A stretch of 64,000 nucleotides of DNA from positions 14,996 to 78,995 of the forward strand of contig JAWXCN010000098.1 of the NCBI GenBank assembly GCA_034408725.1, read 5' to 3'. Source of the stretch: Candidatus Hydrogenedentota bacterium. GTDB lineage: Bacteria; Hydrogenedentota; Hydrogenedentia; Hydrogenedentales; SLHB01. Each line of letters starts with the position of its first letter. Within the stretch, counting starts at the first letter, position 1. The position numbers and the translations under genes were made by a program. The notes under the pieces are model-generated. The model was not told the DNA's origin and did not search any database. It saw only the letters and a list, made by a program, of their open reading frames with translations. Shown here in pieces: positions 1-9,196 of this stretch.

Positions 1-11
1 AATCGCCATTC

Positions 12-1076
12 ATGCGCGCGCGCTTCGTCAATGATCCCGAAGACGGCTGGCAACTTGCCAGTCTTCGGACAATTTCGGCAAATGAAATACCAGAAGACCA
101 CCATGAATTCGTCGTGGAAGTCACACAAGATTACTTCGGTACTGCGCGCACAAAAACGCCAGGCCGCACATCGGCCCGCTACGACATCGCAATTCTGCAC
201 AACCCCGCCGAGTCCGATCCACCCTCGAACGAGCGCGCACTGGAAAAATTCATCAAGGCCGCCAAGAAACTGGATATGGACGCCGAACTGGTGGAGAAGG
301 ACGACTACGGCAGCCTGCCGCAGTACGATGGCCTGTTCATCCGCGAAACAACGAGCGTAGACCATCACACCTACCGTTGGTCGCGGCGCGCAATGGCCGA
401 AGGCATGGTCGTTATCGATGATCCGAATTCAATCGTTAAATGCGGCAACAAGGTCTACCTCGCCGAACTGCTGGACCTGCACCGCGTGCGCGTTCCAAAA
501 ACGTTGATCGTACACAAGGCCAATCAGGAAGAGGTCCTGCACTCTATCGGACTGCCCTGCATTCTCAAACAACCTGACAGCTCGTTTTCGCAAGGCGTAC
601 ACAAGGCCACAACCGATACCGAATTGCACGAGATTCTCGAAAACCTGCTCGACGAATCCGATTTGGTTATCGCACAGGAGTTCCTTCCAACCGACTACGA
701 TTGGCGCATCGGCGTGCTTGATGGCAAACCCCTCCATGCCTGCCGCTACTACATGGCCGAAAAACATTGGCAGATTCAGCGGAAAGATCACCACGGCAAA
801 ACGCATTACGGCAAGGTCGACACTATTCCCGTGGAAGACGCGCCTGAATCCGTCGTGGCTACCGCATTGCGCGCGTGCAAACTGATCGGCGATGGGTTCT
901 ACGGAGTGGACCTCAAGGAAAGCGGACGCCGCACCTACGTTATCGAAGTGAACGACAATCCCAGCATCGAGGCCGGCTTCGAGGACCGAATTCTTAAAGA
1001 CGACCTCTACCTCCGGCTTATGGAAGTTTTCCTGAAGCGCATCGAAGTGCGCAAGGAAGCGCGCGACGACAAATGA
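12..1076 (+). CDS. RimK-type ATP-grasp amidoligase (possibly 5'-partial at window edge)
   Basis: ATP-grasp blocks ILKQPDSSFSQGV, IAQEFLPTDYDWRIGVLDG and VIEVNDNPSIE. The frame stays open to nt 1, so the true start may lie upstream. The stop overlaps the next ATG (ATGA). Confidence 0.8.
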   Translation: MRARFVNDPEDGWQLASLRTISANEIPEDHHEFVVEVTQDYFGTARTKTPGRTSARYDIAILHNPAESDPPSNERALEKFIKAAKKLDMDAELVEKDDYGSLPQYDGLFIRETTSVDHHTYRWSRRAMAEGMVVIDDPNSIVKCGNKVYLAELLDLHRVRVPKTLIVHKANQEEVLHSIGLPCILKQPDSSFSQGVHKATTDTELHEILENLLDESDLVIAQEFLPTDYDWRIGVLDGKPLHACRYYMAEKHWQIQRKDHHGKTHYGKVDTIPVEDAPESVVATALRACKLIGDGFYGVDLKESGRRTYVIEVNDNPSIEAGFEDRILKDDLYLRLMEVFLKRIEVRKEARDDK

Positions 1077-2320
1077 CCACGCCGGTTTCCTACCATCTGT
1101 TCGAGCGATACGGAATCGAACTCGAATACATGATCGTCGACGCGGATACGCTCGACGTCCTGCCTGTGACGGACGATGTGCTCAAATCCGTCGCCGGAGA
1201 ATACACGAATGAAGTCGAGCGCGGCCCTGTGACGTGGTCGAACGAGTTGGTGCTGCACGTTATCGAACTGAAAGCGACAACACCGCTGGAAACCATCCAC
1301 GGCGTTCATCATGCCTATCAGGAAAACGTGCGCGCACTGAATGCGCTACTTGCTCAGCGCGGCGCGCGGTTGATGCCGACCGCCATGCACCCGTGGATGG
1401 ACCCGTTCACTGAAACGCGGTTGTGGCCGCATGATAACAATGAAATTTACGATGCGTTTAACGCGGTCTTCGATTGTCGCGGGCATGGTTGGTCGAACCT
1501 GCAAAGCGTTCATCTCAACCTCCCGTTTGCAAACGACGATGAGTTTGCGCGCTTGCACGCAGCCATTCGCATTTTAATGCCGATTATGCCGGCGCTGGCG
1601 GCAAGCTCGCCGATTATCTCGCTGCGCGCAACCGGCCTTCTCGATAACCGCATGGAAGTTTATCGCACCAACAGCACCCGTATTCCGTCTGTCGCGGGAT
1701 ACATCATTCCAGAACAGGTGTTCAGCGCGGAGGCTTATCGTTGCGATGTCCTCGATCGTATTTACGCCGACCTGGCGCCCTACGATTCCCGCGGGATTCT
1801 TCAGGAAGAATGGGTGAATGCGCGCGGAGCAATTGCGCGCTTCGATCGCAACACGATCGAGGTGCGTGTGCTCGACGTGCAAGAGTGCCCCGCTGCCGAT
1901 TTAGCGATTGTGAACGCAATAACAGCCGTGTTGCAGAGACTTTGTGAAGAACGATGGATGTCCTTCGATCAGCAGAAGCAATGGTCTACCAGCATGTTGC
2001 ACCAAATTCTTTTGGATGTCATCCGCGGCGGCGAAAATACCGTCATCGCAAACGAAGAATACGCGCGCGCGTTCGGGCTAAAAGGCAACCCGGCCGCCGG
2101 AGAAATTTGGCGCGCACTGGCAACGGATTGTGAAGACTCGATGGCCCAATCCCCGCTGGTCGTGCAACATGCATTCGCAACGATCCTGGCGCATGGCTCC
2201 CTCTCGACGCGTATCCTGCGCGCGCTGGCCGGCGACACTTCTCACGCCAACGTGAAGGGTGTGTACGCGCGGCTCTGCGACTGTCTCAACGAAGGCCGAA
2301 TGTTCACCGCTTGGGGATGA
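1073..2320 (+). CDS. GCS2/YbdK-family carboxylate-amine ligase (glutamate-cysteine ligase family 2)
   Basis: N-terminal YGIELEYMIVD and SVHLNLPF blocks typical of GCS2 enzymes. 415 aa. The ATG overlaps the upstream stop codon. Confidence 0.8.
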   Translation: MTTPVSYHLFERYGIELEYMIVDADTLDVLPVTDDVLKSVAGEYTNEVERGPVTWSNELVLHVIELKATTPLETIHGVHHAYQENVRALNALLAQRGARLMPTAMHPWMDPFTETRLWPHDNNEIYDAFNAVFDCRGHGWSNLQSVHLNLPFANDDEFARLHAAIRILMPIMPALAASSPIISLRATGLLDNRMEVYRTNSTRIPSVAGYIIPEQVFSAEAYRCDVLDRIYADLAPYDSRGILQEEWVNARGAIARFDRNTIEVRVLDVQECPAADLAIVNAITAVLQRLCEERWMSFDQQKQWSTSMLHQILLDVIRGGENTVIANEEYARAFGLKGNPAAGEIWRALATDCEDSMAQSPLVVQHAFATILAHGSLSTRILRALAGDTSHANVKGVYARLCDCLNEGRMFTAWG

Positions 2321-2395
2321 TTCTGCAAAAGGGGGCAGCCACGCGTAAAGGCGACATCCACCGCCAGCCGTAAAGGCAGGCACCCGCAATGGAAA

Positions 2396-2441
2396 GGGGA
2401 CAGCCACCGCCAGCCAAAACGCGCTGCCGGTGACAGTCCCC
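2396..2441. repeat. 46-nt palindromic repeat, family A, copy 1 (imperfect arms)
   Basis: GGGGACAGCCACCGCCAGCCAAAACGCGCTGCCGGTGACAGTCCCC. Same length and ends as the copies at 29247, 34376 and 35667. Confidence 0.85.
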
Positions 2442-2504
2442 AGGCCGGACAGTCCCCAGCGCGCTGCTCCTTCAGACCAACTAGGTCCGCTTCCTTCTTA
2501 AGTC

Positions 2505-2559
2505 CCCGTCCTTCTTAAGTCCCCCTTTGAAGGGGGATTCAGGGGGATGTAGTTCTCCG
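2505..2559. repeat. Family B repeat, copy 1, with partial duplication
   Basis: TTCTTAAGTCCCC occurs twice, followed by AAGTCCCCCTTTGAAGGGGGATTCAGGGGGATG. It ends 2 nt before the ettA stop codon. Confidence 0.85.
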
Positions 2560-2560
2560 G

Positions 2561-4240
2561 CTACTTCTTCACCAATTTCCGATACCGGCTCCGGCGATTC
2601 TCAAACAATTTCGATCCCAATTCCTTCATCCGCCATTCCTCATACTCCTTAAAATTTCCCGTGAACCAGCGCACGACACCCGCGCCTTCAAACGCGATGA
2701 TATGCGTGCATACACGGTCCAGGAAGAAACGGTCATGACTTGTGACAAGGACGCAACCGCGAAAGTTCTGAATAGCTTCCTCGAGTAACCGAAGGGTATT
2801 CACGTCCAAATCGTTGGTCGGTTCATCAAGCAGCAGCACGTTTCCGCCTTCCTTCAGGAGCTTCGCAAGATGACAACGGTTGCGCTCGCCGCCCGAAAGT
2901 TGATCGACAGTTTTTTGTTGGTCGGAGCCTTTGAAACCAAATCGCGACAAGTATTGGCGGATGGGCACTTTCTGCTTACCGATGATCACGTCCGTCGCGC
3001 CGCCACCCACTTCATCCAGCAAACTTTTGCCACCTTCAAACGAAGAATGCTCCTGGTCGACATACGACACATTCACGGTCGAACCGATTTTAACTTCGCC
3101 CGCGTCCAGTTGCTCTTTGCCTACAATCATGCGCATCATCGTCGTCTTCCCGGTACCGTTTGGACCAACAATGCCGACGACCGCCGCCTTGGGCACAATG
3201 AACGAAGCATCCTTAAACAACATGGTGTCGCCATACTGTTTTGCGACATTCTTGAATTCGATCACGTCATCGCCGAGTTCCGGCCCAGGAGCAATGGTGA
3301 TTACCGCGCTTTCCTGTTTGCCCGCGGCAGCCTCGCGCGCCACGAGCTGCTCGTAATGCGCAAGCCGGGACCGGCTCAACTCCTGCCGGTCTTTGTTGCT
3401 CATGCGTATCCACGCCAGCTCGTGTTCGAGCGCGCGCCCGCGCGTATTGTCCTTCTTTTCCTCACCCGTGAGTTTGAGCAGTTTTTGTTCGAGCCACGTG
3501 GTGTAATTGCCTTCCCAGGGAATCCCACGCCCGCCCTCGAGTTCGAGAATCCACTTGGTCACATTATCCAGAAAGTAGCGATCGTGCGTCACGATAATTA
3601 CGGTGCCGGGGTACTCGCGCAATTGCATTTCCAGCCAATCAACCGTCTCCGCATCAAGATGGTTGGTAGGTTCATCCAGCAGCAGCAAGTCCGGTTTGTC
3701 CAACAGCGCCTTGCAAAGCGCAACGCGCCGCCGTTCGCCACCGCTCAAGGTGCCAATGACGCGGTCATCGTCCGGCAAACACAGCGCTTCACTTGCGTGG
3801 GCGAGATGCGTGTCGAGGTTCCACGCATCCGCGGCGTCAAGCTTGTCCTGGAGCACGCCCATTCGATCAATGGCCTTCTCCATCTCATCCTCAGACATTT
3901 CCTCGCCCATTTTCGCCGTCAGGGCTTCATACTCGCGAAGCAAAGCCGTCGTCGCCGCAAACGCAGACTCCAATACATCGCGTACTAACTGTTCCTCGTC
4001 AAAGATCGGCTCTTGCGGGACGATGCCCGCGCGAAATCCTTTTGTAATGTCTGCGCGTCCGAGAAACTCGTCGTCCATCCCCGCCATGATCTTCAACACG
4101 GTGGATTTGCCAGACCCGTTCTCGCCCACAATCCCGATCTTCGCGCCCGGATAAAAACTCAGGTACACGTCTTTCAAGACATGTTTCTGTCCATAATGCT
4201 TGTTCAAGCCCATCATCGTAAAAATAAACTGCTCTGCCAT
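2561..4240 (-). CDS. ettA: ABC-F translation factor EttA (energy-dependent translational throttle)
   Basis: Two soluble ABC cassettes (GENGSGKST/LSGGERRRV/LLLLDEPTNHLD and GPNGTGKTT/LSGGERNRC/LLLDEPTNDLD). No TM segments. 559 aa, collinear with EttA-type ABC-F proteins. Confidence 0.9.
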   Translation of the reverse strand: MAEQFIFTMMGLNKHYGQKHVLKDVYLSFYPGAKIGIVGENGSGKSTVLKIMAGMDDEFLGRADITKGFRAGIVPQEPIFDEEQLVRDVLESAFAATTALLREYEALTAKMGEEMSEDEMEKAIDRMGVLQDKLDAADAWNLDTHLAHASEALCLPDDDRVIGTLSGGERRRVALCKALLDKPDLLLLDEPTNHLDAETVDWLEMQLREYPGTVIIVTHDRYFLDNVTKWILELEGGRGIPWEGNYTTWLEQKLLKLTGEEKKDNTRGRALEHELAWIRMSNKDRQELSRSRLAHYEQLVAREAAAGKQESAVITIAPGPELGDDVIEFKNVAKQYGDTMLFKDASFIVPKAAVVGIVGPNGTGKTTMMRMIVGKEQLDAGEVKIGSTVNVSYVDQEHSSFEGGKSLLDEVGGGATDVIIGKQKVPIRQYLSRFGFKGSDQQKTVDQLSGGERNRCHLAKLLKEGGNVLLLDEPTNDLDVNTLRLLEEAIQNFRGCVLVTSHDRFFLDRVCTHIIAFEGAGVVRWFTGNFKEYEEWRMKELGSKLFENRRSRYRKLVKK

Positions 4241-4262
4241 AATTTCCTAAAACATCCTTTCC

Positions 4263-4433
4263 GTTCGGGAGGGCCCGCGTCCTCGCGGGCTACTGCGTTG
4301 TTCGTATTCAACCAGGTCCGCAGGTACGCGGACCCGTCCGCGTCGCGCAATGATCCGGTTCGGGAGGGCCCGCGTCCGCGCGGGCTATTGTGTTGTTCGT
4401 ATTCACCAAGTCCGCGGGGACGCGGGCCCTCCC
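4263..4433. repeat. Family D: two tandem ~76-nt long-hairpin units, period ~95 nt
   Basis: Unit 1 is 4263-4339 and unit 2 is 4358-4433. Both have the form GTTCGGGAGGGCCCGCGTCC...CGTATTCA...GTCCGC..ACGCGG.CCC. Unit 2 ends are perfectly complementary (GGGAGGGCCCGCGTCC/GGACGCGGGCCCTCCC). Confidence 0.85.
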
Positions 4434-4448
4434 GTGTCGCGATTGCAT

Positions 4449-6437
4449 TTACCAATGAATCCCACGCATCAATGCGGCGAACACCATGGCCTCAGCCGAA
4501 GGCGTTTCATCCGCGGGTTCCGTGTCGCCTTTCGCCTTGGCGGAATCGGGAAACAATTTGTACGCGGTGTTCAACACCACATCCGACACGCCAGGCAACA
4601 ACGTCGTCATGACCTGCGCGAAAATGCCGAGGCGCGTGGCCACGCGTTTCGGCTGATAGATGATCGCCTGGCACAACATATCCGCGGCTTCTTCCTCCGT
4701 CAGCGCAGGCACATGTTCGTACATGCGCGTGGGATCAATCATCGGCGTGCGTACCAGGGGCATGTTGATTGTCGTAAATTTGACGTTTCGGTCCAGGAAC
4801 TCCGGTTGCACGCAACGGGAGAACGCGTCGAGCGCGGCTTTTGACGCCACGTAACCCGAGAATCGCGGTGAATTCGCCAACACTCCCATTGACGACACAT
4901 TGATAATGTGCCCCTGCTGCCGCTCGGACATCTGCGGCAGCACCCCCACGATCAAACGGATCGCGGAAAAATAATTCACCTGCATTAGCCGCTCGAAATC
5001 GTGAAACCGGTCGTAGGACTGTTTAATTGAACGCCGGATTGACTTGCCTGCATTGTTGACGAGCACATCAATCTGGCCGTGGTCCTTCATGATCAGCTCG
5101 AGCGTTTCGTCGCAATGTTTCATCACGCTGAGATCGGCGGGATAGGTAAATGCGCGGCCCCCGTTGGATTTGATCAGTTCTTTCGCTTCGTCCAACAGTT
5201 CCCGGCGCCGCGCGACGAGGCACACGATGGCGCCGGCGGCGCCGACCTTTATTGCCGTTGCGCGGCCTATGCCAGAAGATGCGCCGGTGATGACCACGAC
5301 CTTGTCCCGCACCGCGCCGGCCAGCGAACGGTCGCGATGCAAATCGGGATCAAGATTGCGTTCCCAATAGTCCCAAATGACGGGAGCGTAGGTATCCAGT
5401 CGCGGACAGGTAATCCCCGATCCTTCCAGTGCGCGCTGTGTGTCGCGAGAATCAAATCGCGTCGGGTAATTGATGTATTGAAGTGTCTCGCGCGGCAGAT
5501 GAAGATCGCGTAACACCGAGTCGATAATCCGCTTTACTGGCGGGACCTGGAGGATCATTTCACGCATGCTTTTGGGAATGATGTCGAGCATGCGAGCATC
5601 GATACGCATCGCAAACTGCGGCGCCCGCGATGCTTTCGCGAAGACGTTCAAAGCCTCGCCCGAGCGATAGGGTTGCGGATCGGTGAGATGGAACGTGCGG
5701 CCGTTCAATCCCGCCTTGTGCGCAAGGTAGTCGGTCGCTTCCGCCACATAATCGACAGGGACGATGTTGATGCGACCGCCCTCGATGCCCACCAGCGGCA
5801 CCCAAGACGGAATAGCATTGCGCACGCGCTGCAAAAATTTGAAGAGGTAATAAGGCCCATCAATTTTGTGGATTTCGCCCGTCTTCGAATGTCCGACGAC
5901 AATCCCGGGGCGGTATATGCGAAACGGAATCTTGCATTCAGTGCGCACCACGGCTTCCGCAAACCGTTTGGATTTGAAGTATGGCTGGTCAAAATTCTCG
6001 GCCTCTTCAAACATGTCCTCCTGCCAGTACCCATGAAATAAACCCGCGATTGCGACACTGCTCATGTGATGAAAACATTTCGCTTTCAGCAACTCCGCGA
6101 ATTGCACCGCTTCCCGTGTGCCTTCGACATTGATCCGCATCTGCAACACTTCATCGTCGCTCATCATGTCGTAATGCGCGGCAATGTGAAAAAAATGACG
6201 GACCTTGCCCTGCATTTTCTCGATCACGTCTTTGCGCAACCCGAAATGCGGCTTTGTCAGATCCCCCCGAACAGCGACCAGGCGGTCAGCTTTCAAGCCC
6301 AGCTTCCTGCGCAATGCATCCAACTTGTGCTCGGAATCGTGACGAACGAGGGCGTAGATCGTGCCCTTGCGTTTTACAAGCCGTTCGACAAGATTTCCGC
6401 CGATGAAACCCGTCGCGCCGGTAATGAAGTAACTCAT
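4449..6437 (-). CDS. Two-domain fatty acyl-CoA reductase (N-terminal NAD_binding_4/thioester-reductase-like domain plus C-terminal SDR)
   Basis: N-terminal GATGFIGGNL Rossmann fold. C-terminal classical SDR motifs (TGASSGIGRAT, NNAG, YVASK). The layout and many blocks match the Marinobacter FAR Maqu_2507 as I recall it. Start trimmed to ATG 6437, which has an AGGGG RBS. Confidence 0.8.
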   Translation of the reverse strand: MSYFITGATGFIGGNLVERLVKRKGTIYALVRHDSEHKLDALRRKLGLKADRLVAVRGDLTKPHFGLRKDVIEKMQGKVRHFFHIAAHYDMMSDDEVLQMRINVEGTREAVQFAELLKAKCFHHMSSVAIAGLFHGYWQEDMFEEAENFDQPYFKSKRFAEAVVRTECKIPFRIYRPGIVVGHSKTGEIHKIDGPYYLFKFLQRVRNAIPSWVPLVGIEGGRINIVPVDYVAEATDYLAHKAGLNGRTFHLTDPQPYRSGEALNVFAKASRAPQFAMRIDARMLDIIPKSMREMILQVPPVKRIIDSVLRDLHLPRETLQYINYPTRFDSRDTQRALEGSGITCPRLDTYAPVIWDYWERNLDPDLHRDRSLAGAVRDKVVVITGASSGIGRATAIKVGAAGAIVCLVARRRELLDEAKELIKSNGGRAFTYPADLSVMKHCDETLELIMKDHGQIDVLVNNAGKSIRRSIKQSYDRFHDFERLMQVNYFSAIRLIVGVLPQMSERQQGHIINVSSMGVLANSPRFSGYVASKAALDAFSRCVQPEFLDRNVKFTTINMPLVRTPMIDPTRMYEHVPALTEEEAADMLCQAIIYQPKRVATRLGIFAQVMTTLLPGVSDVVLNTAYKLFPDSAKAKGDTEPADETPSAEAMVFAALMRGIHW

Positions 6438-6569
6438 GAAACACCCCTTCAAAACACAGGATTGATAAGAATGGGACGGACCGCGCCGCATAGTGTACCC
6501 GCCACCGCAACACCCAGACAAACGCCGTTCAGGGCGCGATTCAACCCGTCATTGATTTATCTTGTCCAG

Positions 6570-6597
6570 AAATGGCGGGTTGGAAAACTTGCCCTCC
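6570..6597. repeat. Family C repeat, copy 1
   Basis: AAATGGCGGGTTGGAAAACTTGCCCTCC. Related copies at 27729-27756 (reverse complement) and 34334-34361. Confidence 0.8.
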
Positions 6598-6685
6598 GCG
6601 GTTACACTGCGGAGAGATATTCAAATCCCGGTTCTGTTTCCATAGGAACCATCAACACAGACGCGAAATTTGCGCGTGTCGAGGC

Positions 6686-8110
6686 ATGGCAATGAAACGG
6701 CGCACCTTTCTTCAAACGGCAACGCTCGGAGCAGCAGTTACCGCGCTCGGTGAATCCACCGGAAAAAAATCGCCGAATCTCGTGTTTGTCTTCGCCGACC
6801 AATGGCGCGCGCAGGCGACTGGCTACTCAGGGGATACCAATGTGCGTACGCCGCATATTGACCGTCTCGCGAGCGAGAGCATCAACTGCCGCAACACGGT
6901 TTCCGGCTGCCCCGTGTGCTCGCCGTATCGTGGCACATTACTTACAGGGCAGTATCCGCATACCCACGGCGTGTTCGTGAATGACGTTCCCCTGAGCAAT
7001 CGCGCCGTTTCGTTCGCCCAGGCGTTGAAAACTACGGGATACGACACCGGCTACATCGGCAAATGGCACGTTGATGGTCATGGCCGCTCCAATTTCATTC
7101 CGCGCGAACGCCAACAGGGCTTTGATTACTGGCGCGTGCTCGAATGCACCCATGATTACAACAAGAGCTATTACTACGCCGACGCGGATCCCGAAAAGAG
7201 GTTCTGGGAAGGTTACGACGCCATTGCGCAAACTCGCGACGCACAACAGTACATCCGCGATCACGCCAACGCCGAAAAGCCGTTTGCGCTGTTCTTGTCC
7301 TGGGGTCCGCCGCACGATCCCTATGAAAGCGCACCGGAAGAATATCGCGCGCTCTACGATCCAAATGCGCTGAAGCTCCGCGGCAATGTCCCCACCGAAC
7401 ACGAAGCATGGGCGCGCCGCATGACCGCGGGCTACTATGCGCATTGCTCTGTGCTGGACAAGTGCACAGGAGACTTGCTGAAAACGCTCGATGAATGCGG
7501 CATCGCCGACGATACCGTATTCGTATTCACATCCGACCACGGCGACATGCTCGGCTCTCAATGGCATACTCATAAACAAAAGCCGTGGGACGAATCGATC
7601 CGCGTGCCGTTCCTGTTGCGCTATCCCCGGGACTTTGGACGTACCGCCCGCATCAGCGACATGATGTTAACTTCGGTTGACCTCATGCCCACGTTGCTCA
7701 GTCTATGCGGCGTGCCGATTCCGGTTACCGTGGAAGGCGCGGACCGATCTGGCGATCTGACGCGCTCCGGAACCGATGACGACGATGCCGCGCTCCTGTC
7801 GTGCTACGTGCCGTTCGGCCAATGGATTCCCGCGCGAGGCGGCCGCGAGTTCCGCGGCATCCGCACGCCGCGCTTCACCTACACACGCTCGCTTAACGGC
7901 CCGTGGCAGCTCTACCACAACGAAAAAGATCCGTTTCAACAACAAAATCTCTGCAACATCCCCGGCCACGAAAAACTGCAACGCAGACTAGAAGAAATCC
8001 TCGTGCGCAAACTCGACGAAGCGAACGATTCACTACAGCCCGCAAGTCACTATATTTCAAAATGGGGATACAAAACCGACGAAAACGGCACTGTGGGGTA
8101 TGCGCCGTAG
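6686..8110 (+). CDS. Sulfatase (formylglycine-dependent, Tat-exported)
   Basis: Twin-arginine signal MAMKRRTFLQTATLGAAV. Sulfatase signature CSPYRGTLLTGQ. GKWH and SDHGD blocks. GAGG RBS before ATG 6686. The upstream 38 codons of the track ORF are repeat-derived and were dropped. Confidence 0.88.
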   Translation: MAMKRRTFLQTATLGAAVTALGESTGKKSPNLVFVFADQWRAQATGYSGDTNVRTPHIDRLASESINCRNTVSGCPVCSPYRGTLLTGQYPHTHGVFVNDVPLSNRAVSFAQALKTTGYDTGYIGKWHVDGHGRSNFIPRERQQGFDYWRVLECTHDYNKSYYYADADPEKRFWEGYDAIAQTRDAQQYIRDHANAEKPFALFLSWGPPHDPYESAPEEYRALYDPNALKLRGNVPTEHEAWARRMTAGYYAHCSVLDKCTGDLLKTLDECGIADDTVFVFTSDHGDMLGSQWHTHKQKPWDESIRVPFLLRYPRDFGRTARISDMMLTSVDLMPTLLSLCGVPIPVTVEGADRSGDLTRSGTDDDDAALLSCYVPFGQWIPARGGREFRGIRTPRFTYTRSLNGPWQLYHNEKDPFQQQNLCNIPGHEKLQRRLEEILVRKLDEANDSLQPASHYISKWGYKTDENGTVGYAP

Positions 8111-8145
8111 TGCGCCATGGCACGATGCCATGAGACGGAATTTAT

Positions 8146-8343
8146 ATGATATCGGCGAAAGAAGAAATGAAGCGGCTGATTGATGCGCAACCAGACGATA
8201 TTTCATACGAAGAGTTGGCTCGTGAAATCATCTTTAGCGCGATGGTGAAAAATGGTTTACGCGATTCCGATTCGCGAAAGACTTACTCAGAAGAGGAAAT
8301 GGAGGGACGAATTCAGTCTTGGGCGCGAAAGGACGGAATCTGA
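8146..8343 (+). CDS. Small acidic helical protein, antitoxin/addiction-module-component-like (orphan)
   Basis: 65 aa with lower GC than its flanks. The ISYEELAREIIF...EEEMEGRIQSW pattern resembles short antitoxin-type proteins. No toxin partner is adjacent. Confidence 0.4.
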   Translation: MISAKEEMKRLIDAQPDDISYEELAREIIFSAMVKNGLRDSDSRKTYSEEEMEGRIQSWARKDGI

Positions 8344-8344
8344 T

Positions 8345-9187
8345 TCACTTCGAGAACTCAATCGCCCGGCCTCCCCATCTTGGCGCGAATTCGTTGGAGC
8401 TCAATAACTTTTTCCCCGAACTTGGATCCCAAACCTCGGCTTGGTCATCGGTGACTTGCGCCAGCGTAACGACATGGTTGTCGATTTCGTCTCCTATGTT
8501 CACAAATAGAATCGCGGGCGGATTCAGTCGCATTATGTCATTGTCTGCGGCTTTCGCTTTCGTACACCGAAAGCCCAGCTTCTGCATCGCGCGAATGATT
8601 TGGCCAGGACTTGTACCGGCTTCCGTGGTACCCAATAGCGTCGCCATTTCGCGTTCTGTAATGGTCACGCCAAGCAATCGCGCCACGTTTGCGCACGCCG
8701 CGGCCCCGCACGTTGCTCCCGAAGTCTGAAGAATGACCCCGTCCGCGGTTTCGCGGTGGATACTCAATTCCGGAGCCGTCGCGAGCGGACTTGTTCGAAA
8801 ACGGTGTTCAGTCAGTAAGAGGACGCCAACGCAAAGTAAGGGCAACATCCACCCCAGGGATGGCTTTGACATAATTGCCAGGGTAGATAAAGCAGAAAAT
8901 GCGAACACCATGATTGCAACATTCAGCATCCACAAGGCGGGCGTTGCGTAATACTCGACAAGCAGGGGGAGATACCACGAAAGCGGGGGGTAATTGCGAA
9001 TAGAAAGAATGAGGACGTTCGAGAAGAAGAAAACCGTAAACAAAATGACCAACAAACGTACCGTGCGCAATTTCACCGCACCGCGGAGCGATACTCCGCG
9101 TTTTCGCAATGATTGTCCGTGGATAATGCCCGGCGCGATCAATCCCAGTGCAATTAGAATATCGAATGCGATATGCGGCGCGTTCAT
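8345..9187 (-). CDS. Membrane-anchored C39-like cysteine peptidase domain protein
   Basis: About 4 TM helices followed by a papain-like C39 core: QTSGATCGAAACANV (Cys) and DNHVVTL (His). The gene starts 10 nt after the SBP gene stop on the same strand. Confidence 0.7.
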   Translation of the reverse strand: MNAPHIAFDILIALGLIAPGIIHGQSLRKRGVSLRGAVKLRTVRLLVILFTVFFFSNVLILSIRNYPPLSWYLPLLVEYYATPALWMLNVAIMVFAFSALSTLAIMSKPSLGWMLPLLCVGVLLLTEHRFRTSPLATAPELSIHRETADGVILQTSGATCGAAACANVARLLGVTITEREMATLLGTTEAGTSPGQIIRAMQKLGFRCTKAKAADNDIMRLNPPAILFVNIGDEIDNHVVTLAQVTDDQAEVWDPSSGKKLLSSNEFAPRWGGRAIEFSK

Positions 9188-9196
9188 ATCCGCGAA

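Noticed and set aside
2870-3988. 372-aa ORF on the plus strand inside ettA
   Set aside because: It is antisense to a clearly conserved ABC-F gene. The product is Arg/His-rich with no motifs. This is a typical high-GC shadow ORF.
4013-4612. 199-aa plus ORF and 80-aa minus ORF spanning the family D hairpins
   Set aside because: The products (GPRPRG... strings) are translations of palindromic repeats on both strands. They are not credible genes.
6572-6685. 38-codon extension upstream of the sulfatase Tat signal
   Set aside because: It is encoded by the family C repeat (MAGWKTCPP...). The Tat signal with a GAGG RBS starts at 6686.
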